A stretch of 64,000 nucleotides of DNA, taken from contig DATAKL010000034.1 in the NCBI GenBank assembly GCA_036261625.1, forward strand, positions 125,018 to 189,017. Direction: 5' to 3'. The position numbers and the translations under genes were made by a program. The notes beneath the pieces were generated by a model. That model saw nothing but the letters and a program-made list of their open reading frames with translations. It was not told the origin of the DNA and did no database searches. This DNA is from Ignavibacteriales bacterium. GTDB taxonomy: Bacteria; Bacteroidota; Ignavibacteria; Ignavibacteriales; SURF-24. Positions 27,920 to 37,100 of this stretch are shown here, piece after piece. The stretch's first letter is position 1; each line of letters begins with the position of its first letter.

Positions 27920-28002
27920 TCTTATAAATCAACTACTTTCTAATCAGGGATGAAAAACTCCCCGACAGGACTTTTCATCCAAAAGCGAGGCTTGCAAAAT
28001 AT

Positions 28003-30822
28003 ATGCATATCCCAAGATCCACCTACCGTCTGCAGATGAATAAAACTTTTACATTTGGTGATGCCGGGAACATTGTCCGCTACCTCTCAGAGCTTGGAGT
28101 CTCCGACATCTATTCATCTCCAATTATGAAGGCTGCAAAGGGCAGTATGCACGGCTATGACGTCGTGGACCCGAACCAGTTTAATCCTGAACTTGGAACA
28201 GAGGAGGATTTTGACAAACTGGTTGAAGAGTATAAAAAGCATAAAATGGGATGGCTGCAGGACGTTGTACCGAACCATATGTCGTATTCCTCTGAAAACC
28301 AGATGATTGTCGACCTTCTGGAGAACGGACCCAACTCGCGCTTCTTTAACTTTTTTGACATCGAATGGAACCATCCGCATGCCAGTGCAAGACAGAGGCT
28401 ATTGGCTCCCTTCCTGGGAAAATATTTCCAGGAAGTGCTGGAGGAGGGGGAACTTCAGTTAAAGTATGATGCCGAGGGCTTCAGCATCTATTACTACGAC
28501 AACCGTTTCCCTCTTAAGATGGAATCATACTCCGACATAATTTCTTTCAGAATGTCAAGTCTGCAGAACCGCCTGGGGAAAAATGACCCCGATGTAATAA
28601 AATTCCTGGCAATCCTTTATATACTGAGATCCCTTCCTTCTTCAGATGAAATGGATGAACGCTATTCGCAGATAAAGTTCGTTAAGGGAATGCTCTATGA
28701 ACTTTACTCGGGCAACGGGGTGATAAGAGAGTTTATTGATGAAAACATGAGGATTTACAACGGAAGAAAGGGAGTCCCGGAGAGTTTCAACCTGATGGAA
28801 AAACTCTTAAGCGAGCAGTACTTCCGCTTTGCATACTGGAAAGTGGCCAACGAAGAGATTAACTACAGGAGATTTTTTAACATTAGCAGCCTTATATCTC
28901 TTAAAATGGAAAATGAGGAGGTGTTCAACCGCGTGCACACCCTGGTCTTAAAGCTAATAGACGAGGGAAAAATTGACGGCATCAGAATTGACCACGTCGA
29001 CGGACTCTACGATCCCACCTCATATCTCAAACGACTGAGGGGCAGGCTTCAGGATAATTATCTTGTGGTGGAGAAGATACTGGAACTCGATGAGGAACTT
29101 CCCACCGAGTGGCCCATTGAGGGTACAACGGGCTATAAGTTTGTAAATTATGTGAACGGCATTTTTGTCAGGAAAGATAACGAGAAAACATTTACTGACA
29201 TATACCACAGGTTCTCCGGCTTTACCACTCATTACGAAAGGGTTGTTGCCGAGAAAAAAAGGCTCATCATTCAGACCCGCATGGCAGGCGAGGTGGAGCG
29301 CCTGGCATTCCTGGTCGAGGCTGTCTCGAGCATAGACCGTTACGGCATAGACATTACGATGCACGGCCTGAAAAGGGCACTTGAGGAGATACTGACTTAC
29401 TTTCCGATATACAGGACTTACATCAATGCGGAGAACTATAGCGAACGGGATAAGAAATACCTCGAAAACCTGTTTAAGAGGCTCTCAAGAATAAACCCCC
29501 GTCTTACACACGAGTTCAATTACATTTGCAACCTCCTCATGCTGAGCTTCCGCGAGCATTTTACAGAAGAGCAGAAAAAAGTAGCGCTGGATTTTGTAAT
29601 GAAGTTCCAGCAGCTTACGGGTCCACTGATGGCAAAGGGCTTTGAAGATACGGCACTTTATGTCTATAACCGGTTAATATCCTTAAACGAGGTTGGGGGA
29701 AATCCGGGGCGTTTTGGAATTTCAAGCGGTGAATTCCATAACTACTGCAGGAGAAGAGCTGGCTTCCGGCCTTATTCAATGAATGCAACTGCAACTCACG
29801 ACACCAAGCGCGGGGAGGATGTAAGGGCAAGGATAAACGTGCTTTCGGAAATACCCGATGAATGGGAGGAAAAAATTAACAGATGGACGAGGCTGAACAC
29901 TCCGCAAAAGGGCACTCTGAACTCAGAAGTAATACCCGACAAAAACGACGAGTATTTCCTTTATCAGACTCTTGTGGGCTCATATCCTTTCGGGCAGGCG
30001 GATGTTCCTACCTACATTGCACGAATAAAGGAATACATTGTAAAAGCGATCCGCGAGGCAAAGGTTCACACGGCCTGGATAAAGCCCGACGAAGAATATG
30101 AACAGGCTTACTCTGACTTTGTGGAAAGAATCCTCACGCCCGCAGAAGGCAATCACTTCCTGATAGATTTTTTGCAGTTCGAAAAAAAAGTTGCCTTCTA
30201 CGGGATGTTTAATTCACTCAGTCAGACACTCATAAAGTTTACCTCTACCGGAGTGCCCGATACTTACCAGGGAACCGAACTCTGGGACCTTTCACTGGTT
30301 GATCCCGATAACCGGCGCCCGGTGGATTTCAGTCTGAGAAAGAAAATGCTCGAGGAGATAAAGAATAACCCGGAGCCTTTGAACTCAGGATATATCAGGG
30401 AGATCCTTAGCTCAATGGAAGACGGAAGGATAAAGATGTACCTCATGCACCAGGCACTAAAGGCAAGAAATGAGAACAGGGAACTTTTTCTGGACGGGGA
30501 GTACATTCCCCTAAGCTCCGGAGGCAGACTTGGAGAGAACATCATTGCGTTTGCAAGAAAGCATAAAGGCAGATGGGCTGTAACGGTTCTTCCGCGCTTT
30601 CTGACGGAAGTTGTAAAGGAGGGGGAGCTTCCACTGGGAGACCTCTGGGGCGATACAATGATCGCTCTGCCCGAAAAGGTCAAGTCCTGGAGAAACGTTT
30701 TTACAGGAGAGGTCCTGAAAAATACGGGGAAATCCCGCCGCGGGGAGGAAGGCAGCCCTGCCATGGCAAAAGATATTTTCACTCATTTCCCGGCTGCACT
30801 GCTTGCAGGAGAAAATACTTAA
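28003..30822 (+). CDS. treY: Malto-oligosyltrehalose synthase
   Basis: 939 aa. It has the TreY-typical N-terminus (STYRLQMNKTFTFGDAGNIVRYLSELGVSDIYSSPI...GSMHGYDV) and the blocks GIRIDHVDGL and ATATHDTKRGEDVRAR. Confidence 0.9.
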   Translation: MHIPRSTYRLQMNKTFTFGDAGNIVRYLSELGVSDIYSSPIMKAAKGSMHGYDVVDPNQFNPELGTEEDFDKLVEEYKKHKMGWLQDVVPNHMSYSSENQMIVDLLENGPNSRFFNFFDIEWNHPHASARQRLLAPFLGKYFQEVLEEGELQLKYDAEGFSIYYYDNRFPLKMESYSDIISFRMSSLQNRLGKNDPDVIKFLAILYILRSLPSSDEMDERYSQIKFVKGMLYELYSGNGVIREFIDENMRIYNGRKGVPESFNLMEKLLSEQYFRFAYWKVANEEINYRRFFNISSLISLKMENEEVFNRVHTLVLKLIDEGKIDGIRIDHVDGLYDPTSYLKRLRGRLQDNYLVVEKILELDEELPTEWPIEGTTGYKFVNYVNGIFVRKDNEKTFTDIYHRFSGFTTHYERVVAEKKRLIIQTRMAGEVERLAFLVEAVSSIDRYGIDITMHGLKRALEEILTYFPIYRTYINAENYSERDKKYLENLFKRLSRINPRLTHEFNYICNLLMLSFREHFTEEQKKVALDFVMKFQQLTGPLMAKGFEDTALYVYNRLISLNEVGGNPGRFGISSGEFHNYCRRRAGFRPYSMNATATHDTKRGEDVRARINVLSEIPDEWEEKINRWTRLNTPQKGTLNSEVIPDKNDEYFLYQTLVGSYPFGQADVPTYIARIKEYIVKAIREAKVHTAWIKPDEEYEQAYSDFVERILTPAEGNHFLIDFLQFEKKVAFYGMFNSLSQTLIKFTSTGVPDTYQGTELWDLSLVDPDNRRPVDFSLRKKMLEEIKNNPEPLNSGYIREILSSMEDGRIKMYLMHQALKARNENRELFLDGEYIPLSSGGRLGENIIAFARKHKGRWAVTVLPRFLTEVVKEGELPLGDLWGDTMIALPEKVKSWRNVFTGEVLKNTGKSRRGEEGSPAMAKDIFTHFPAALLAGENT

Positions 30823-30958
30823 TTTTATTTTTCTTTTTCCGATAATAAAGCGGAATGTTATATTTCGGAAGATAATTTCTCCGTTAAAAGCGGATTTATC
30901 CGGAAAAAGAAGAAAAGTTAAGAAATTGCAGCCATTTAACTACTTTTACTGAGGTGGA

Positions 30959-31807
30959 ATGTACTGGGAATACTTTAACCTGAAAGTTAATCCTTTCGGT
31001 ATTACGCCGGATCCAAAGTTTTTATATTTAAGCACACCTCATGCTTCAGCCATAGAATGGATGAAAATGGCAATAGAGCAGCATGAGTTCGGAATGATTA
31101 CGGGGGAAGTCGGTTCAGGCAAGACTGTACTGTCGCGTTACCTGGTCGACAGCCTGGGTGAGGATAAGTTCAGGGTCGCCTGGATTATAAACCCTGTAAT
31201 GTCGCCCACGCAGCTTTTGCGCGAAGTCTATTCACAGCTCTTTGATGAAAAAGCCCCCCATTCGAAATCCCTTCTTGTAAAGGGTCTTCAGGAGGGGCTG
31301 GTAAACCTTTATCTTGAGAATAAGTACCCTGTTGTAATAATTGATGAGGCGCAGGTAATTCCGGGGACAAAGATTTTTGAAGAGCTGAGGCTCCTGAGCA
31401 ATTACCAGACCGACGAGCAGAACCTGATCTCCATAATTCTCATGGGGCAGCAGGAACTCCTTAAGAAACTCAAAAAGAAAACACACAGGGCATTTCTTCA
31501 GAGAGTGAGGTTTACACTTACCTTAAATCCGCTTACTGCAGATGAGGTGGAGGAGTACATAAAGCACCGCCTCAAGGTTGCAGGCATGGAATCGGGAACT
31601 GTTTTTACTCCGGAGGCCATAGTGAGGATTCACGGGATTACAGGGGGATACCCCAGGCCGGTAAACCACCTGGCGGCTTTTTCAATGATGGAAGCAATGA
31701 CACATGAGAAAAGCAGAGTGGACTTTATGGACGTGGAGGCTGCAGCCAGATCGATACTCTATTTTGAAGACAAAATTGCCGAAACTGAGACGCAGGAAGT
31801 CGGATAA
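30959..31807 (+). CDS. ExeA/MshM-type AAA ATPase (COG3267-like)
   Basis: The N-terminus NPFGITPDPKFLYLSTPHASA, Walker A GEVGSGKT and Walker B VVIIDEAQ are present. GAGGTGG precedes the ATG. Confidence 0.75.
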   Translation: MYWEYFNLKVNPFGITPDPKFLYLSTPHASAIEWMKMAIEQHEFGMITGEVGSGKTVLSRYLVDSLGEDKFRVAWIINPVMSPTQLLREVYSQLFDEKAPHSKSLLVKGLQEGLVNLYLENKYPVVIIDEAQVIPGTKIFEELRLLSNYQTDEQNLISIILMGQQELLKKLKKKTHRAFLQRVRFTLTLNPLTADEVEEYIKHRLKVAGMESGTVFTPEAIVRIHGITGGYPRPVNHLAAFSMMEAMTHEKSRVDFMDVEAAARSILYFEDKIAETETQEVG

Positions 31808-31838
31808 TCATCTTTAACCAAGCAGGAATTTTTAACAT

Positions 31839-33014
31839 ATGATTAATATTCTTAAACTCAGAAAACTCGAACAAGAAAAAAAACAGCAGGAGAAGGCGGA
31901 CTCACTGGAGGAGAAGACTTTGGAAGAGAAGTCTTTGGAAGAGAAGTCTTTGGAAGAAAATCCTGAAAAGCAGATAATTGAGAATATTGATGAAAAGATA
32001 ATTGAAGAAATTGCCTTTGAGATAAACAATGCTCCGGATTCTCCGGAGGAGGAGCTAAGAAGCCCTTCGGAAGAGTTTCTTAAAGTACCCCATGAAATTG
32101 AAGAAGTAGACGCATCTGTAGAAATTCAGCAGTTTATGAGTCCTGTTGAAGAGGATGACATTCCCGATGCAGCCGACCCCTGGATTACTACTGAAGTTAA
32201 GGATGAAAGCCCAAAGGCAGTGCTTGATGAGGTAGATCCGGCAGAAGCATTCAGGCAGGCTTTAATTGCAGAGGTTTTAAGGGATGAAACTATGGCAACC
32301 CGTGCTCAGGTGGAAGAAGAAGAAAGGATGATGAATGTAAAGCCTGAAGCTCCAAAAGCTCCGGCTGTGGAAAATAAAGCTGTACCGGAAAATAAAGCCG
32401 TGCCGGAAAATAAAGCTGTGCCGGAAAATAAAGCCGTGCCGGCGCCCCTTCAGGAGGCTAAGAAAACTGAAGTTCCAAAGCCTCAAGAAGTAAAATCTCA
32501 GGAAGTAAAACCTCAGGAAATGAAGACCCAGGAAGTAAAGGCGCATGAAGCCATCGTGCAGCTTGTAGGTTTTAACCTGGGCAAAGAGTGCTATGGTGTT
32601 GACATAAAAAGGATAAAAGAAATTAACCGAATGACTGAGATTACAAGAGTTCCCCGCGCCCCTGAATTTATTGAAGGGGTTATCAACCTGAGGGGTTCTG
32701 TAATACCGGTTATCAACCTGCGGAAAAAAGTAAAGATGCCCCCGCGTGAATATGACAAGGATACGAGAATTATAATCGTGGAGCTCTCCGGCAAGACGAT
32801 AGGATTTATTGTAGATGCAGTAAAAGAGGTCTTAAGGTTTCCTGAAACTCTGCTCGTTCCGCCTCCGATGCTTGCCGTGGGTAAAAACGCCGATTACATA
32901 ACCTCAGTAGCCAGGGTTGAAGATGAGCTTATAATACTGCTTGATCCGGATAAAGTCCTTTCGCGTGAAGAGGCTCAGAAGCTCGGGGAGCAGGAAGGGA
33001 AGAGTAAGAAGTAA
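31839..33014 (+). CDS. CheW-domain protein with a ~240-aa acidic, repeat-rich N-terminal region
   Basis: The C-terminal ~150 aa is a clear CheW fold (VGFNLGKECYGVDIKRIKEINRMTEITRVPRAPEFIEGVINLRGSVIPVINLR...GFIVDAVKEV). The N-terminus carries three tandem peptide arrays: LEEK(T/S), ENKAVP and QEVK. Confidence 0.85.
   Translation: MINILKLRKLEQEKKQQEKADSLEEKTLEEKSLEEKSLEENPEKQIIENIDEKIIEEIAFEINNAPDSPEEELRSPSEEFLKVPHEIEEVDASVEIQQFMSPVEEDDIPDAADPWITTEVKDESPKAVLDEVDPAEAFRQALIAEVLRDETMATRAQVEEEERMMNVKPEAPKAPAVENKAVPENKAVPENKAVPENKAVPAPLQEAKKTEVPKPQEVKSQEVKPQEMKTQEVKAHEAIVQLVGFNLGKECYGVDIKRIKEINRMTEITRVPRAPEFIEGVINLRGSVIPVINLRKKVKMPPREYDKDTRIIIVELSGKTIGFIVDAVKEVLRFPETLLVPPPMLAVGKNADYITSVARVEDELIILLDPDKVLSREEAQKLGEQEGKSKK
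31905..32545 (+). repeat. Three in-frame tandem repeat arrays inside the CheW-like gene
   Basis: The arrays are 15-bp units x4 at 31905-31964, 18-bp units x4 at 32370-32441 (with an alternating gct/gcc pattern suggesting a 36-bp duplication), and 15-bp units x4-5 at 32481-32545. Confidence 0.9.
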
Positions 33015-33052
33015 GCAGAAATTAGTAAGTAGAAATTAGTAAGTAGAAAAAG
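33011..33052. repeat. Three tandem 14-bp units GTAAGYAGAAAWWR starting at the stop codon
   Basis: The units read gtaagcagaaatta gtaagtagaaatta gtaagtagaaaaag, which places TAA/TAG stops in several frames. Confidence 0.85.
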
Positions 33053-33057
33053 TTATA

Positions 33058-33094
33058 AAGCCGGGATGCCGATATGAGGCATCCCGGCTTTTTT
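33058..33094. terminator. Bidirectional rho-independent terminator between convergent genes
   Basis: AAGCCGGGATGCC / GGCATCCCGGCTT is a 13-bp stem with a T run downstream and an A-rich stretch upstream. Confidence 0.9.
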
Positions 33095-33100
33095 AGTTTA

Positions 33101-34141
33101 TTAGAAAGCTAATCCGACAGAGAAGACATGGTTGGCATCGAAGCTGGATTTCACCTGTCTGTAAGCATAATCCACTCTGATGTCAGTGCCTCCCCCGATG
33201 TCATAGTTCAAGCCTGCACCTGCAGTAAATCCCCAGATATTGCCGGTTTCCTGGCTCTTGGGTGTATATGCGTAGCCTCCTCTGATAGAAAGCAGGTTAT
33301 TGAACGTATATTCTGCTCCTGCCTTATAGACGTCGCCGGAGAAGTTGTTGTTCTGGAATGTGGTTGCAACTAGCAGCGAGTTCTGGGCGTCCAGAACGGG
33401 CCTGTAAGCGAGTCCGAATTCGAGCTGTGAAGGGAGTTCGAAGCCGGCAGCTTCAATCTTATAAAGCTGTGCAGGCCGTTCGAAAGATGACGCCGTAGCC
33501 TGTGTATAGAGCCCCGGGCCGCTGAATGTCATCTGCGGGCCCAGGTTTTTAATTGCAACGCCAAGGCTAAGTCCGGTAAGGTCGCCCAGGTTTTCATACA
33601 TAATGCCCACGTTAAAGGCAAAGCCTGTGGAGGAAACCTGTGCGATAGTTTCCATGATCATGTTGCCAGTAATACCCACAGAAACGCGGTCGCTTAAGGC
33701 TCTTGCGTAGGAGAGGCCAATGGTAAGGAATTGCGGGCTGAAGCTCTCTCCCGTGCCGTCGGGGTTCTGCGTAGTGGTTACATTTATGTCGCCGAAAGAA
33801 AGAGATTTAATGCTGAATGCCAGAGCGCCGAAGCCTGAAATATTGGCCTCAACTGCGCCGTATGTAACTCCCATATCGGCAATGTACTTCATATAAGAGA
33901 AAGTGGCCTCGGCCGTCTTATCTGTCTTTGCAATTCCGGCAGGGTTCCAGTAGAGAGCCTCAATGCCGGTTGTGGTGGAAGTATTGGCGCCTGAAAGGCC
34001 AATTCCCCTGACGCCCACAGGAATAAGGAGTTCACTGGCACCGCCGGTACCGTTACGTTTGCCTCCGCCTGCATGGATTATCTCAGCCGTGGCAAGCAGC
34101 AGGAGTAACATCAGGCATATGTGTTTGGTATATCTTTTCAT
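33101..34141 (-). CDS. PorV/PorQ-family outer-membrane beta-barrel protein
   Basis: It has a signal peptide and the block GGASELLIPVGVRGIGLSGANTSTTTGIEALYWNPAGIA, which resembles the PorV/PorQ N-terminal signature. The body has alternating beta-strand character and ends in GLAF. Confidence 0.7.
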   Translation of the reverse strand: MKRYTKHICLMLLLLLATAEIIHAGGGKRNGTGGASELLIPVGVRGIGLSGANTSTTTGIEALYWNPAGIAKTDKTAEATFSYMKYIADMGVTYGAVEANISGFGALAFSIKSLSFGDINVTTTQNPDGTGESFSPQFLTIGLSYARALSDRVSVGITGNMIMETIAQVSSTGFAFNVGIMYENLGDLTGLSLGVAIKNLGPQMTFSGPGLYTQATASSFERPAQLYKIEAAGFELPSQLEFGLAYRPVLDAQNSLLVATTFQNNNFSGDVYKAGAEYTFNNLLSIRGGYAYTPKSQETGNIWGFTAGAGLNYDIGGGTDIRVDYAYRQVKSSFDANHVFSVGLAF

Positions 34142-34160
34142 ATTATCTCCTCAATTTTAA

Positions 34161-37100
34161 TTAGAATCTATCCAGCACTTGCTGCTCTTGAATTACTGCT
34201 ATTTTGAGTATCTTGGAACCGAGTCCCGGCATTTCAATTAAAGCCAGATAAATGCCGCTGGCAACAGGAAGTCCCGCTTCATTTGCCAGGTCCCAGCGTT
34301 CGAACTGGCTGGTTGCTCCGGTTCTTGAAATTGTCTTAATGAGCGTACCGGCAACGTTGTAGATACGGATTGTAGCATTTTGGGGCAGATGGTTAAATGT
34401 AACGAAACGCTGGTATTTGTTTAACTCCTGCGGATTTACGCCATAGTATGGGTTCGGGAATACATTAATACTCTGGACATCCTGTTTTGCAAGCGCCATG
34501 TCGCCCGAAGTAACCGTTGGAGCAGTAAATGTAAAGACATCGTTTGCCTGAATTACCTTGTTTGCGATGATAAGGAACTGGTCACCCGCTTCGAAGGCAA
34601 CATTGCCTCGTCTGTTAGGAGTTCCCATCCAGAGCATAGGCACCGTGTTGTCGAGTATATCTTTAGTCAGCGCAGTATCGGGTGTTTCTGTATAAGGTGT
34701 GCCGAAAATAAAGAACCACTCTCTCGGTCCATCTGTTGCGGTGTTGTCAAGTGTGCCGTCAGAAGGCCAGTATTTACCGTCGACAAGTCCCTTTTCAGTA
34801 TTATTCTCCAGGTAGCCCACGGCTAGTCTCTGTCCGGTTTCATTATTGAAAGCGGCAAAAGGGACGCTCTTTGTAAAGTCCTGGTAAGCATAGCCTGCAG
34901 TCGGGTTTTTAATAAAAGGCGCGAATTCGGGTTTTGCCGCGGGACTTGAGGCTCCTCTTAAGTAGCGGTATCCGAAAGAGGCGTTCGAGTCGGCAGGATT
35001 AAGAATATTGCCCAGTGTATCTGTAGTTGCGAGTTTAATAAGCGTATGCGGCAGAGCGGTAACAGGGATGGTCGATCCGCTGAACCAGTTGTTTGCGGCA
35101 TTGCCCATTGCGCCGTTAAAGCCCTCGAGGCCGAATCCGTCAGCATTGGACCAGGTCCACTTGCGGCTTCCGGATGGTATCTGATAGTCCTTCATTCCAG
35201 GAGGCGGGCCGGTAACCACGAGCTGAATGCCGTCAAAATTAAAGTAATCGCTGCCTCCATTCAAGTTGGTCTGGTTGCTTTCGATAACTTTTCCTGTTGT
35301 GGAATCAGTTACGCTCCATACGGTCATCGTATCACCCGGAGTCTGGAATGTGACTCTGTAAGTATGTCCTGTAAGCTTGCTCGGGTCTATAATAATCGGG
35401 TAAATTCCGGCATCCGAGACGCCCGAGACGTGGTTAATGGCTTTAACCGTGTCGCCGTAAGCCACAGGATAGCGCACGCCGGGGTTGTTTGACTGAGGCA
35501 CGACTGTAATTATGGCCAAAGGATTTTCAAGGACATTCGGGATTTCATTAGGATCAGGATTAAATGAATAACTGGTAACGGCAAAATAATAGCGTGAGCC
35601 GTTGTTGAGAGGAAGGTTGTTAATATAATCCTTTGTGATTTTTATAGAGCGTTGAATGCCTGAATTTGTTCCGAACTGGATCGGGACCAGTTCAGGTTTT
35701 CCTGTTCTGGGGTCAAAGACATAGCCGTAGATTACTCCCACAGTGTCTTTTATGTCAAATGTGGCTATCAGCTTTGCGTTTTCGAATGTGGCTGAAGCCG
35801 AAGGGAGCTGATAAACGTTATAGCCCTGGAATTTGAACCCCTTTGTGTTGTAGCTTTCAGTAGCCTGTGCCGTAGAGGGATTACCCCAGGAGAGGAGGAC
35901 TTCACGGTCAAGCGGTGTAGCGACTACACTTGGAGCCGGGGCGCCTGTAGGGATCTTAAAGAATGAGTTATAGGCGTCCTGTGCTTTTATATCGTAACTC
36001 TTTAAGAGTTTAACCGACTGCAGGTTGTCGCTTCCCTCTGCAGCCATTTCGGCAACAACGATTTCCTGAGTGTCGCCAACAGCCATTGTAAATGGCCCAG
36101 AGGCAAGGCCCAATCTTCTGTCATCGGGGCCAATAATCTGACCGTCGATCCAGCCGGTACCGGTAACCGGGTCGCCGGGGAGTGCGAATGTAGTAGGAAC
36201 GCCCTGCGGGGTTTTGAAAATTTCACCGGTTTTGCCCACGCGCCCCTGCATAAAGTTGTAGAACTGCTGTGTACCTTCATAGGAGCCCAATGTAGGGTCG
36301 GTGACATTCAGGTTGCCGCGTGCAAAGTAGTAGAATGCAGTCATAGGCAGATTTTTCTTTCCTTTAATGACCCTTCCGCCTGTAATTGCCGAATCGGAAG
36401 CAGTGCCTGCTACGACAGGCCCCTGGAAAAAGTCGAATCCTACGGCCGGCGGAGGCATTGCCCCATAGGTTGCATCAGTTGGGGTCGCATTATAGGCATA
36501 GCCCAGGCTGAGGATCGTATCGCAGCCGGCATAGTCATCGGTGGCGTTACCCACGTCAGGGTCGCTCCACATGGAGACATACATATCCTTAAAGTCGGTT
36601 GTGCTTTTGTTTATGATGACATATTTTCTGAAGAACATATTGCTCAGCGGTCCCGCCTGAGAATAAGCCCACATGGTAGCCTGCATTTCAATACCCATAG
36701 GCTGCGAGCCGTAGAGGTTTGTAGTCAGGCTGGAGTTCAAATCGTTAGCCACATACCAAATTGTCTGGCTTGCCCCGGGGAATCCAGGGATATCGGAGGC
36801 AGGCTCGTAGGTGCCGTTGTTATTTAAGTCTTCGAAGGGGGCGCCGTCAGTTGCAGGCCATTCGTTCCAGTCTTTTTCATACTGTGCGCGCACCTCATCC
36901 TCAGACATATTCTCTTCCTTTGCTTCTGTAGTAAGGCTGGCCGTTTTATAGTCGGGCCTGACCCTGTAGATCCTGTTTTTATCCAGGTCCGGGTTTTCGG
37001 CCTTTCCAGGGGAGAGAATTTTCCCGGGCTGAAGACCTGTTCTGTATGTGGAACCGCCTACGCGGATTTCGCCTCCGACACTAGCTCCCCAGATAAAGCC

